Positions 28,502-38,380 of a DNA stretch of 64,000 nucleotides are shown here, piece after piece. This DNA comes from a virus (lineage: Duplodnaviria > Caudoviricetes): the IMG/VR virus record IMGVR_UViG_3300028886_000028, positions 96,001 through 160,000 of that record. The stretch is one strand, 5' to 3'. A program made the position numbers and the translations under genes. How positions within the stretch are numbered: position 1 is the stretch's first letter; each line of letters starts with the position of its first letter. The notes below the pieces were generated by a model. The model saw nothing but the letters and a program-made list of their open reading frames with translations, was not told the origin of the DNA and did no database searches.

Positions 28502-29158
28502 ATGATTAATAATAGAAAAAATGATATGGTTATTGAAAGAGAAATAGCCGTGTTTTTAGACGAACATCTTTATAACAATGTTGATGTTTTTACTGAGTTT
28601 GCAAGAACTGACACATTGGATGAACAGATTGCTGGTTCTGACTTACTATTATCTACTGCCAATGGGAAATTAAATAGGTCTATAGTTGACGAAAAAGTTG
28701 CAAGTAGATATGCAAACAAAAATTTGGAAACATTTTCGCTTGAACTTTCTTTTTTAGGTAAAAAAAACGAAAAAAGATGTGGGTGGCTTTTAGACGATAC
28801 TAAAAAAACAGAATATTATTTGTTAGGATGGATAATAGAAGCAGATATACCTTATATAGAAAATAAAAAGAGATATGATACCAACCAAATTAATAGGAAT
28901 AACATAAAAAAACTTCAATGGGCATTAGTTAAAAGAGATAAAATTGTTAAATTCTTGGAAAAGAAAGGTTGGACTATTGAAAAACTTGCAAAACAAGATG
29001 AAAAAATAAGGAAACAAGGGTATGTAGCGACAAAAGAGTTTATAGATGGGATTTCTTTCAGGTATAGTGACGCTTATATTGAAAAACCAATTAATTTATT
29101 ATTAAAAAAAGAAACATATTTGGAATTAAGTGAGTTAAATGGAATTGTTTATGGATAA
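28502..29158 (+). CDS. PD-(D/E)XK nuclease-like protein
   Basis: 'E...Q.AGSDLLL...IVDEKVA' fits an E..D..D-E-K catalytic arrangement. Confidence 0.55.
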   Translation: MINNRKNDMVIEREIAVFLDEHLYNNVDVFTEFARTDTLDEQIAGSDLLLSTANGKLNRSIVDEKVASRYANKNLETFSLELSFLGKKNEKRCGWLLDDTKKTEYYLLGWIIEADIPYIENKKRYDTNQINRNNIKKLQWALVKRDKIVKFLEKKGWTIEKLAKQDEKIRKQGYVATKEFIDGISFRYSDAYIEKPINLLLKKETYLELSELNGIVYG

Positions 29159-29444
29159 ATTTAATTATAAAATTTACGATTATTCAAAAATTGGTATACC
29201 TAAAGAGAGAGTTTTCTATAGAAGGGCATATTCTGAGTGGGAAGTAGATTATTTGAAAAGGAATTGTTTTAATAATTTGTCTAATCAACAAATTGCGGAA
29301 AAACTAGTAGAATCTTTAAAGGATAATTTATATAATAATGGGCCTTGGGTTTATAAAGATAGCCCAAATTTTGATTTTGAGTGGGAAATAATAATGCCGG
29401 AAAAAACATTTAATTTTCATGATACAAGTAGTAAAGAAAAATAG
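29139..29444 (+). CDS. Hypothetical protein
   Basis: 101-aa ORF overlapping both neighbours in the operon. Confidence 0.6.
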   Translation: MELFMDKFNYKIYDYSKIGIPKERVFYRRAYSEWEVDYLKRNCFNNLSNQQIAEKLVESLKDNLYNNGPWVYKDSPNFDFEWEIIMPEKTFNFHDTSSKEK

Positions 29445-30588
29445 AGCAGACGCAAATGGCGTTAAATCTGAACAAAACATTTATACATTATTAGTTGATG
29501 GTAATTCATTGCTTAAAATGTCTTTAGTTGATAAAAGAATGAATTCAAAAGGAGAAGAATATGGGGCTGTATTTTTATTTTTGAAGCAATTAGGAAATAT
29601 TTTACAAAAAAAAGACTTTAATTTTTGCGTATGTGTATGGGATGGATATAATTCTGGTGTTTTAAGATATAATATATACAATGATTACAAAGCAAACAGA
29701 GACAAACATTACGAATTAGCTTCAGGCGTTTCTGATTATGACAAAGCAATAAATGATTATGTCAAAAAAGTTTTGAAATATAATAAATCTAGCAAAAAAG
29801 AAGTAAAAAGGATAGAAACTGACGATGAATTATTTCAAAGGCAACGTGAGATACTTCAAAACATATTAGAAAATCTTTTTGTTAGACAATTTATATATGA
29901 TGAAGTAGAAGGCGATGATTTGATAGCATATTATGTTTTACATAAAAAATCAAATGAAAAAATTGTAATTGTTAGTGGCGACAGGGATTTGACACAGTTA
30001 ATTAATGATGATGTATGCCAATATATTCCGTCTCTTAAAAAATTTGTAAGCCCAAAAAATTCAATTGAAGAGTTAGGAATTACTCACGAAAATACACTAC
30101 TTAAAAAAATACTATGTGGAGATTCATCTGATAACATAAAAGGGATAAAGGGGATTGGTGAACAAACTCTTATTAAATTGTTTCCTGAGATAAAGGATAA
30201 AAAAACCACATTAGAGGCAATTGTAGAGCGTTCAAAAGAGATACTGGAAGAGAGAAAGGCTAATAAGAAAAAACCTCTTAAATCGCTTGAAAATATTGTT
30301 AATTGTATAACTGATGGAATTCAGGGGGAAGACATTTATGAAATAAATAAGAAAATAATAGATTTATCAGAGCCATTATTAACTAAAGAAGCAATTGATG
30401 GGCTAAATGATGAAATGTATGCTCCTATGAATGTTGAAGATAGGGATATAAAAAACATATATGAGATTATAGAAGGAAATGGTATGAGTGATTTATTAGA
30501 TGAAACTAAATTCGGAAGTTTATTTGGCCTGTATGAAAGAATTATTGTAATGGAAAAAGAGTATTTTTTAAAAAATGTGAAATATTGA
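29419..30588 (+). CDS. 5'-3' exonuclease / flap endonuclease (T4 RNase H / PolI N-terminal-like)
   Basis: 'LLVDGNSL', 'YKANR', 'EGDDLIA', 'SGDRDLTQL', 'GDSSDNIKGIKGIGE'. Confidence 0.93.
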   Translation: MIQVVKKNRADANGVKSEQNIYTLLVDGNSLLKMSLVDKRMNSKGEEYGAVFLFLKQLGNILQKKDFNFCVCVWDGYNSGVLRYNIYNDYKANRDKHYELASGVSDYDKAINDYVKKVLKYNKSSKKEVKRIETDDELFQRQREILQNILENLFVRQFIYDEVEGDDLIAYYVLHKKSNEKIVIVSGDRDLTQLINDDVCQYIPSLKKFVSPKNSIEELGITHENTLLKKILCGDSSDNIKGIKGIGEQTLIKLFPEIKDKKTTLEAIVERSKEILEERKANKKKPLKSLENIVNCITDGIQGEDIYEINKKIIDLSEPLLTKEAIDGLNDEMYAPMNVEDRDIKNIYEIIEGNGMSDLLDETKFGSLFGLYERIIVMEKEYFLKNVKY

Positions 30589-30598
30589 GTTAATTTTT

Positions 30599-30629
30599 TT
30601 TGTTTTTTAAAAAAAGTTTTGTATATTTG
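30599..30629 (+). promoter_or_regulatory. Bacteroidota housekeeping-type promoter
   Basis: TTTG (30599-602), 19-nt spacer, TATATTTG (30622-29). Confidence 0.85.
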
Positions 30630-30656
30630 CTTTGTTAAATAAAGTTAAATTTATTT

Positions 30657-30899
30657 ATGGACAGAGAAGAAATATTGAAAAAATATCAAGAAACGATTTC
30701 TTTATTATATTATAGGAATCCAAGGTTTTCTTATCATGGAGATTTTATCACTAATGAAAATGGAAAGATAGCGTTTAGGCTTATATATTACGATATTATT
30801 GATTCAGGTTATTATAAAAGTGAAATATTTAAATACGTTGATACTAAAGAGAAAGCGGTTGAATATTTTATTTATATGGCGCAGAATAGATTTTTTTAA
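30657..30899 (+). CDS. Hypothetical protein
   Basis: 80-aa ORF directly after a host-type promoter. Confidence 0.55.
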   Translation: MDREEILKKYQETISLLYYRNPRFSYHGDFITNENGKIAFRLIYYDIIDSGYYKSEIFKYVDTKEKAVEYFIYMAQNRFF

Positions 30900-30934
30900 A
30901 AAATATGTTTAACATTTAATTTATTATTTAGTTT

Positions 30935-31684
30935 ATGGCTAATTTAAAAGAACAAAGTTACAAAGAAGAAAGATTTGAGTTTGCACTTTATGTTAACAAC
31001 AACATCATTTGTAAAAGGAATTTTAAAATCAATGATTTCATTGAGCATAGTATGGAATCTTTAGAATTTAAAGAGAAAGTAGATGATATTGTTAATATGG
31101 TTGACAATGATTTAAAATCTAAAAGTAGAGTTTATACGTGGTATTTCTTTAATCCTATGGAGCCTGAGTTATTTGAAGAATATGCAGGAAAACTTATTGA
31201 GCCTTGGGAGTGTACTTTTAAGTTTGAAGTATCTGACAGAAAAAAGGTAGTAATAAGTAAGATTTGGGATGGGTACGCATATCCAAAGGCAGTTAGGGAT
31301 AAAGTGGATATTAGCAACAAAGCCGTGAAGATAACATCTAAAGATGGAAGAGTTTATACTTACGACAAGGAATCGTTTTTCAAATCTAATGAAGATAGGC
31401 TATCATTTGAGCATCAGGTTTTAAAAGGAATGATTATGGATAAGTCTGATTTGTTGGCGCAAATTACAAAGCAAATTTGTGAAACATGCTCTGTACATGA
31501 TGATATGTTTAATAAGATTGGTGACTACACCATGACAGAATATTATGGTAAAGATAAGGATGGCAATCCTGTTTCTTATAATTTTAACATAGAAGCACAG
31601 AATAGGAAACTTGAAAGAAAGTGGATGAAACTTTCAGCAGAGAACGCAAAAAAGAAATTAGAGGAAGATAATAACAATAAATAA
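30935..31684 (+). CDS. Hypothetical protein upstream of helicase
   Basis: 249-aa ORF ending 3 nt before the helicase start. Confidence 0.7.
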   Translation: MANLKEQSYKEERFEFALYVNNNIICKRNFKINDFIEHSMESLEFKEKVDDIVNMVDNDLKSKSRVYTWYFFNPMEPELFEEYAGKLIEPWECTFKFEVSDRKKVVISKIWDGYAYPKAVRDKVDISNKAVKITSKDGRVYTYDKESFFKSNEDRLSFEHQVLKGMIMDKSDLLAQITKQICETCSVHDDMFNKIGDYTMTEYYGKDKDGNPVSYNFNIEAQNRKLERKWMKLSAENAKKKLEEDNNNK

Positions 31685-31687
31685 ATT

Positions 31688-34216
31688 ATGGCAAAAGACG
31701 CACAAACAAATAAGCTTGGTTTTCTTGGAGAAGATTTTCAATATAAATTAGTCCATGAGTTTATAGAAGATAAAGAATTTTTCAAAGATTTGTGCGACAT
31801 AATAGACCAAAACCTTTTTACTGACCCCAACCTTAAAACATTGGTTGGGGTTATGAGAGAATATTATAAAAAAGAGCAAGTGCCAGCAAATTATGATATT
31901 CTTAAAATAGCACTTGCTAATAAATCTCATAATGAAACTGAAAAGGAATATTATGATGCCATAATTGATAAAATTCATGGATTATCTTCTGAAGGTTCTA
32001 ACTACATAAGAGAACTTGCCGAAAAGTTTTTCAAGCAGCAAAATATGATTCGTGTTGCTAATGAAATAATAAAAATAGCTGGAAAGGGAGATATTGAGAA
32101 TTATGATAAATGTGTCGATATTTTAAATAAAGCATTAATACAAGGAACAAATGAAGATTTAGGATATTGTGTTTTTGATAACGAAAATGAAACATTATCT
32201 GAGGAATATCGTGTGGCCATACCAACAGGAATAGGCAAGATTGACGAAACGCTTGAAGGTGGACTTGGAAAAGGAGAATTAGGAGTGATAGTTGGCTCTT
32301 CTTCATTTGGTAAAGCCCAACCACTTGATGCTAGAATATTAACTCCAAATGGATATAAACTAATGGGAGAAATGTCTGTTGGCGATTATGTAATAGGTTC
32401 TGACGGCAAGCCTCATGTTGTAAGTGGTATATATCCTCAAGGTAAAAGGCCAATATATAAAGTTTCATTTTCAAATGGCACTTCATGCGAATGTGATATA
32501 GAACATTTATGGAATGTAAATTCTCTCTATCAAAGATGTGGTAAAAAATATGTCGCAGGAATTTCCAAAAACAGAGACGATAAAAGATATGTTCCTGACC
32601 ATTCATTTAAAACTTTGTCTTTAAGAGAAATATTAGAAAAAGGACTAATTAAAAAAAGTTCTTCAAGATATAACTTCAAGGTTCCTGTGGTTAAACCTAT
32701 TGAATTCGCCGGACAAGAAACTAAGTTTGACCCATATTTAGTAGGCTATTATATTGGTGATGGTTCTTTTAAAAGAGTTGAAATAACAGTTGGAAAAGAC
32801 GATAAAGAATGTGTTGAATCAATTTTGAAACCAATTTTAAATGAAGATTTACATATTTTTTATAGAGAAAAAAGAAGCATCTATCAGTTTGATATTATAG
32901 GGCAAACAAAAAAGAATTTAAAAGAATGTTTTTCTACAGAATGCAAGTCAGATGGTAAATTTATACCTAGAGAATATTTGTTTAATTCTATCGAAAAAAG
33001 AATTGCTGTTTTACAGGGTATAATGGATTCTGATGGCCACGCAAACAATAATGGTTCTTGCGAATTCTGTAGTAAGAGTAAACAACTCGCATTAGATGTG
33101 CAATTTCTTGTTCGTTCCCTTGGAGGTTTTGCAAGTTTAATAGAATCAAGTTCTTCATATTTTTCTAAAAAATATAATAAGAGAATAGATTGTGGCAAAC
33201 GTTATAGGGTTACTATAAGTATGTGTAACAACTCAATTCCATTATTTAGAATGGAAAGGAAACAAACAAGAGTTAAATATCGCACACGTGGGGCTGATGC
33301 TTTGTTTATGACAAACGTTGAATATGTTGGAGAAAAAGAAGCACAGTGTATAATGGTAGATTCTGATGAACATTTATATGTTACAGAAGATTTTATTGTA
33401 ACGCATAACACATCTTTGACCACAGCCATGTCGTCATTTGCTGCTACTTATCGTTCTCCGCAAAATAACAATGATGGGTATAAAGTTCTACAAATTGTTT
33501 TCGAAGACAGAGTTAAACAGATTCAAAGGAAACATTTTGGAAGAATTACAGGTTTTGAAGCAAAAGATTTATCAAAGCCGGGAATCATAGAACAAGTTAG
33601 AGAACAATTATCTAAATATCCTGATAGAGATTTATTGCAAAAAAATTTAAGGATAATAAGACTCCCAAGCGGAGAAAAAACTGCTGATGATATTAAAAGG
33701 CTTATTATTAAGCTTAAAAATAGTGGCTTTAGCCCAGACCTTGTTATTGTTGATTATTTCGAATGTTTACTTTGCAAAGGAGACTCAAGTGATGATAAAT
33801 GGGAAAAAGAAGGAAAAACCATGAGAAAGTTTGAGTCAATGGCAGGAGAACTTAATATAGGAATTTGGATACCAGTTCAAGGAACTAAAGATTCTCTTAA
33901 TGTGGAAGTTGTTACGATGGATAAAGCAGGAGGCTCTTTTAAGAAGATTCAAATTGCGCACATTGTTATGTCAATAGCAAGAACTGTTGCAGATATTGAA
34001 GAAAGTAAAGCAACAATAGCAATATTGAAAAATAGAGCAGGAAAAGCAGGAAAAGTGTTTAATAATGTGGAGTTTAACAATGGAACTTGCAGGATTAGTA
34101 CTGATAATGTTGATGAATTTAATGGCTTGTTGGCGTTCAATAAAAGCAAAGAAGAAGAAACAAAAAATATTCAAAAAACAATAGTTCAAGCAATAGCTAA
34201 TAGACAACAAAAATAG
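31688..34216 (+). CDS. Replicative DNA helicase (DnaB / T4 gp41-like), intein-containing
   Basis: 'IPTGIGKIDETLEGGLGKGELGVIVG..FGK|T' Walker A, 'LVIVDY', 'ILKNRAG'. Confidence 0.92.
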   Translation: MAKDAQTNKLGFLGEDFQYKLVHEFIEDKEFFKDLCDIIDQNLFTDPNLKTLVGVMREYYKKEQVPANYDILKIALANKSHNETEKEYYDAIIDKIHGLSSEGSNYIRELAEKFFKQQNMIRVANEIIKIAGKGDIENYDKCVDILNKALIQGTNEDLGYCVFDNENETLSEEYRVAIPTGIGKIDETLEGGLGKGELGVIVGSSSFGKAQPLDARILTPNGYKLMGEMSVGDYVIGSDGKPHVVSGIYPQGKRPIYKVSFSNGTSCECDIEHLWNVNSLYQRCGKKYVAGISKNRDDKRYVPDHSFKTLSLREILEKGLIKKSSSRYNFKVPVVKPIEFAGQETKFDPYLVGYYIGDGSFKRVEITVGKDDKECVESILKPILNEDLHIFYREKRSIYQFDIIGQTKKNLKECFSTECKSDGKFIPREYLFNSIEKRIAVLQGIMDSDGHANNNGSCEFCSKSKQLALDVQFLVRSLGGFASLIESSSSYFSKKYNKRIDCGKRYRVTISMCNNSIPLFRMERKQTRVKYRTRGADALFMTNVEYVGEKEAQCIMVDSDEHLYVTEDFIVTHNTSLTTAMSSFAATYRSPQNNNDGYKVLQIVFEDRVKQIQRKHFGRITGFEAKDLSKPGIIEQVREQLSKYPDRDLLQKNLRIIRLPSGEKTADDIKRLIIKLKNSGFSPDLVIVDYFECLLCKGDSSDDKWEKEGKTMRKFESMAGELNIGIWIPVQGTKDSLNVEVVTMDKAGGSFKKIQIAHIVMSIARTVADIEESKATIAILKNRAGKAGKVFNNVEFNNGTCRISTDNVDEFNGLLAFNKSKEEETKNIQKTIVQAIANRQQK
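32315..33409 (+). mobile_element. Class 3 intein (365 aa) with LAGLIDADG homing endonuclease in the helicase P-loop
   Basis: Starts AQPLDA after GK and ends VTHN before T. W-C-T triad (EHLW, QCI, VTHN). LAGLIDADG helices LVGYYIGDG and LQGIMDSDG. Confidence 0.92.
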
Positions 34217-34242
34217 AAAAAATATTTTTTTAGCGGAAAATA

Positions 34243-34283
34243 TTGGCTGTCATAATGTTATGCATGACAGCTAATTTTATTTT
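34243..34283 (+). terminator. Terminator after helicase
   Basis: TTGGCTGTCAT...ATGACAGCTAA stem (one G-U pair) followed by a T-rich tract. Confidence 0.7.
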
Positions 34284-34391
34284 AATAAAAACTAACAATT
34301 TTATAAAAAATTAACATATTTATTCTTACATCAAGATGATAAATGGTTAACCGAAAAATGTAAAATAATGAAAATTTAAAGTTTTGCTTTA

Positions 34392-36587
34392 ATGGAAGTA
34401 AGAAAAAATGACAATTCTTTTGAGGATTTTGATGCCTCTAAGATTAAACGTGGCATTTGCGAAGCATATAATGCTGCAAAAGAAGTTTGCCCGGATGGAC
34501 TTATAGAATCGTTGGTAAAAAATTTATTTATTTACGACAAAATCAGTTCTCAAGAGATTAGAAGGCAAGTTGAAGAGGCTCTAATGTCTGTAAATAAGAA
34601 AGTTGCTAGAATATATATCAGAGCATATGAAGAAGAAGAAGGGAAAAATAAAACGTTAAAAAAAGATAGTGATTTTATAAAAGATTACATTAACGCATCA
34701 AATGCTTCTACTGGTTCCAAATATGACTCAAACGCAAATGTAGAAAACAAAAATGTTGTAACTCTTGGTCAAGAGCTTCATAAAGGTAAAAATATTCAGC
34801 AAAATAGATATATAATGCATAATAAGATTAAAGCGTTATATTCAAAAAGACTTGCAGACCAATATATTAAAGACCTTGAAAGTCATATACTTTATAAACA
34901 CGATGAAAGTGGTACACCTGGATATCCGTATTGTGTTGCAATAACAATGTATCCATTTCTTATTGATGGCTTAAAGAGTTTAGGCGGTCAGTCAAATGCC
35001 CCAACAGACCTCAAGTCATATTGTGGAGAGTTCATCAATTTGGTTTATTCCGTGTCATCACAATTCATGGGGGCTGTAGCTACACCAGAGTTTCTCATGT
35101 ACATGGATTACTTCATTAGAAAAGATTATGGTGACGATTATTTGAACAAATTAGGAGAAAAAGTTGAAATAAATAGAAAGGGAAGAACACTTGAGCAAGT
35201 AATAGAAAATTGTTTTCAACAAGTTGTCCATTCAATGAATATGCCGGCTGGTAATCGCGGCTACCAAACTGTTTTTTGGAATGTTGGCTATTTTGATAAA
35301 AATTATTTTGAAGGAGTTTTTAGTGGGTTTAAATTTCCGGATGGAACAGAACCAAAGTGGGAAACATTGTCTTGGCTTCAGAAGAAATTTATGAAATGGT
35401 TTAACGAAGAAAGAACAAAATATATTTTAACATTTCCTGTTGAAACGATGGCAATGCTTACTGATGGCCATGATATAGTTGATAAGGAATATGCAGATTT
35501 TACAGCAGAAATGTGGTCTGAAGGTCATTCATTCTTTTGTTATTTAAGTGATTCTCCCGATTCTTTGAGTTCGTGTTGCAGACTCCGAAACTCTCTTAAA
35601 GACGGCGAATTAGACGATGAACACAACCATACGACACATCAATTTTCTATGGGTACTGCTTCTGTGGCAACCGGTTCTAAATCTGTTATGACCATTAACC
35701 TTAATAGGGTCATTCAGAATGCTACAAGAATTTATTTCAAAGAGATAGAAAATATTGATATTGAAAATGGTGGGCAAATAGATATTAAAAATGTTAAAGA
35801 CAAAAAGTTGCTTTATTCATTCATTCAGGATGGTATTACTGAAATAACGGAAAGAGTTCATAAATATCAAAGAGCATTTAATGAAATTATAAAGGATTTT
35901 TTCAACGCCAATATGTTAGATGTTTATAGAGGTGGTTTTATAAATATGAAAAAACAATATTTAACTGTAGGCGTAAATGGATTAACAGATGCGGCAGAAT
36001 TTCTTGGTATAGAACCAAATATTAACGATGATTATAAAGAATTTGTAAATACTGTTCTTGAAACAATTAATGTTTCTAATAAAAAGGATAGAACAAGAGA
36101 TTGCATGTACAACACAGAATTTGTGCCAGGCGAAAATCTTTCTAATAAAAATTACAATTGGGATAAGAAAGATGGGTATTATGTTTCACCAAAGCATATA
36201 ATGTATAGCAGTTATTTCTTTAATCCTGAAGATGATAGTTTATCATTACTTGACAAAATGAAATTGCACGGAAATGATTTTGTTAAATATCTTGATGGGG
36301 GCCAAGCTGCGCATTTAAATATAAATGAGCATTTATCATTTGACCAATATAGGCAATTATTGAGAGTGGCTTCTGAATATGGCTGTAGTTATTTCACATT
36401 CAATTGCAGAAATACAGTTTGTAATGATTGTGGCTATATAAGTAAAGATACATTAGATGCTTGTCCAAAATGCGGAAGTAAAAATTTAGATTATCTTTCC
36501 AGAATAATTGGGTATTTGAAACGTATAAGCTCTTTTAACGAAGCAAGACAAGTTGAAGCAAAAATGAGATATTATAATAAAGAATAA
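34392..36587 (+). CDS. nrdD: Anaerobic (class III) ribonucleoside-triphosphate reductase
   Basis: N-terminal ATP cone, 'YC' and 'SSCCRL' active-site motifs, CxxC...CxxC Zn ribbon, glycyl-radical loop 'RIIGYL'. Confidence 0.95.
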   Translation: MEVRKNDNSFEDFDASKIKRGICEAYNAAKEVCPDGLIESLVKNLFIYDKISSQEIRRQVEEALMSVNKKVARIYIRAYEEEEGKNKTLKKDSDFIKDYINASNASTGSKYDSNANVENKNVVTLGQELHKGKNIQQNRYIMHNKIKALYSKRLADQYIKDLESHILYKHDESGTPGYPYCVAITMYPFLIDGLKSLGGQSNAPTDLKSYCGEFINLVYSVSSQFMGAVATPEFLMYMDYFIRKDYGDDYLNKLGEKVEINRKGRTLEQVIENCFQQVVHSMNMPAGNRGYQTVFWNVGYFDKNYFEGVFSGFKFPDGTEPKWETLSWLQKKFMKWFNEERTKYILTFPVETMAMLTDGHDIVDKEYADFTAEMWSEGHSFFCYLSDSPDSLSSCCRLRNSLKDGELDDEHNHTTHQFSMGTASVATGSKSVMTINLNRVIQNATRIYFKEIENIDIENGGQIDIKNVKDKKLLYSFIQDGITEITERVHKYQRAFNEIIKDFFNANMLDVYRGGFINMKKQYLTVGVNGLTDAAEFLGIEPNINDDYKEFVNTVLETINVSNKKDRTRDCMYNTEFVPGENLSNKNYNWDKKDGYYVSPKHIMYSSYFFNPEDDSLSLLDKMKLHGNDFVKYLDGGQAAHLNINEHLSFDQYRQLLRVASEYGCSYFTFNCRNTVCNDCGYISKDTLDACPKCGSKNLDYLSRIIGYLKRISSFNEARQVEAKMRYYNKE

Positions 36588-36590
36588 GTT

Positions 36591-36869
36591 ATGGTTAAAA
36601 AAGTTTTAAAAATGTCAGCAAGCTGGTGTATGCCTTGCAAAGTTTATTCAAAAACGTTTAATGAAGTAAAAAGTGAAGAAAAATACAAAGATATTACTTT
36701 TGAAGAAATTGATGTGGAAGAAAATGAAGATTTAGCAATGAAATATGGCGTTAGAGCAGTACCGACAACAATTATACTTGGCGAAGAGGATAAAGTATTA
36801 TCTATGTTTAATGGCAACGTTCCAAAATCGTTTTTAGAAAATAAAATAGAGGAATCGAAAAATGGTTAA
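36591..36869 (+). CDS. Thioredoxin
   Basis: 'ASWCMPCK' and 'GVRAVPT'. Confidence 0.9.
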   Translation: MVKKVLKMSASWCMPCKVYSKTFNEVKSEEKYKDITFEEIDVEENEDLAMKYGVRAVPTTIILGEEDKVLSMFNGNVPKSFLENKIEESKNG

Positions 36870-37371
36870 GTATTATAATGCTATGGTGGTATTCGAAGAA
36901 ATACCAAATGAAATAACATTGGCTATTAATATTACCAATTGCCCCTGTAAATGTTCAGGGTGTCATTCAAAGTTTTTATGGGAAAATATAGGAACTGAAC
37001 TTACAGTAGAAGAGCTTGATTTGTTAATTGAAAAAAATGACGGTATAACTACAGTATGTTTTATGGGTGGCGATGCTTCTCCTGATACAATATGCGCATT
37101 AGCTGAATACGTACACGAAGTTAAAAAATTGAAAGTTGGTTGGTATAGTGGTAAAGATGAATATTATAAAAATATAGAATTTAATTGGTTTGATTATATA
37201 AAATTAGGCCATTATGATGAAAAATTAGGGCCATTGAATAAAAACACCACAAACCAAAGGTTATATAAATTAAAACACGAAAAAGTACAAAATGATTCAA
37301 CCGGTGATAAATTAACTAATGTAAAACGTATTTTATTTGAAGATATAACTAATTTATTTTGGAAAAAGTGA
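36862..37371 (+). CDS. nrdG: Class III RNR activating radical-SAM enzyme
   Basis: 'CPCKCSGC' CxxxCxxC, 'FMGGD', 'TNQRLY'. Adjacent to nrdD. Confidence 0.92.
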   Translation: MVKYYNAMVVFEEIPNEITLAINITNCPCKCSGCHSKFLWENIGTELTVEELDLLIEKNDGITTVCFMGGDASPDTICALAEYVHEVKKLKVGWYSGKDEYYKNIEFNWFDYIKLGHYDEKLGPLNKNTTNQRLYKLKHEKVQNDSTGDKLTNVKRILFEDITNLFWKK

Positions 37372-37394
37372 CCATGTTTATGGCCACTTTTTTT
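37363..37394 (+). terminator. Terminator after nrdG
   Basis: AAAAAGTGACCAT-gttt-ATGGCCACTTTTT stem (1 mismatch) plus T-run. Confidence 0.7.
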
Positions 37395-37401
37395 GTTTTC
37401 T

Positions 37402-37409
37402 ATATTTAT
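37402..37409 (+). promoter_or_regulatory. Putative late promoter (ATATTTAT)
   Basis: Recurring motif 15 nt upstream of the ATG at 37425. Confidence 0.6.
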
Positions 37410-37424
37410 TAAAAAAACAGTAAT

Positions 37425-37754
37425 ATGAAAAAGTTAGTAGGTTTCTTATTAAGTATTTTAATTTTATCTTGTACTCCCAAAAAAATAATCACTGATGATG
37501 CAAAATATGGCGTTATGATTAATGAAATGAACGGGGTTTATTCTGTTGTTCAATTTGATTCTATGTGCATTGCAGATGCATTGCCAAAAGATTTTTCTAA
37601 ATGGGAAACTATTTTTATTGTAGATTATGAAACAAAAGAGAAGTACACATTATACCTTTATGTGAAAGAATATGGTATGTCAGAATCTGTGTATAAAGTA
37701 GAAAGTGTTTCTCAGGATAGCATAAAAATAATTAAAAGAGTAATTTCTGAATAA
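37425..37754 (+). CDS. Lipoprotein of unknown function
   Basis: Signal peptide II MKKLVGFLLSILILS-C (lipobox). Confidence 0.75.
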   Translation: MKKLVGFLLSILILSCTPKKIITDDAKYGVMINEMNGVYSVVQFDSMCIADALPKDFSKWETIFIVDYETKEKYTLYLYVKEYGMSESVYKVESVSQDSIKIIKRVISE

Positions 37755-37756
37755 CT

Positions 37757-38380
37757 ATGAATTATGGTTTTATACCGTCAAAAATAGATGGAACTGAGTT
37801 GGAATATAAGGAAGAAAAAGGAATGAAGATTCCTGAGTCTTATAATTATAAAAAATATTTACCGAAGGTAATTAATCAGGGTTCTAGGCCAATATGTGTT
37901 CCTTGTTCTATATCTGCATATATAAATTGGAGCAAAAATTTAGAAACAGGTGATAATAAAAAAGATAATAATGTTAATTTGAATGAAATATATAAAAGCA
38001 GAAGCAATGATGATGATAATGGTATGTCGTTCAAAGATGCATTTAAATTTTTAAGGCACGAAGGGGTTAATACAAGTAGTGGTATATATAAAATAAAGCG
38101 TTATGCTAAAATAGGCTCAATATTGGCTTTAAAACAAGCATTAATTGCTAATGGCCCATGTGTTGGTGGCTTGCCTGTTTACTGCACATATAATTGCGAA
38201 TTTTGGTATAAAATTCCCAGGGAAAGTTTTAAAGGAGGCCATGCTGTTTCTATTGTTGGCTATAATGAAAATGGTATAATTATAAGAAATTCATGGGGAG
38301 AAAGCTATTGTGATGATGGGTATGCTGTAATACCTTACGATGAGTTCCAAACATTTACTGAGTTATGGACAGTATTTTAA
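37757..38380 (+). CDS. Papain-family (C1) cysteine peptidase
   Basis: 'NQG...CVPCS', 'GGHAV.IVGY', 'IRNSWG'. Confidence 0.9.
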   Translation: MNYGFIPSKIDGTELEYKEEKGMKIPESYNYKKYLPKVINQGSRPICVPCSISAYINWSKNLETGDNKKDNNVNLNEIYKSRSNDDDNGMSFKDAFKFLRHEGVNTSSGIYKIKRYAKIGSILALKQALIANGPCVGGLPVYCTYNCEFWYKIPRESFKGGHAVSIVGYNENGIIIRNSWGESYCDDGYAVIPYDEFQTFTELWTVF

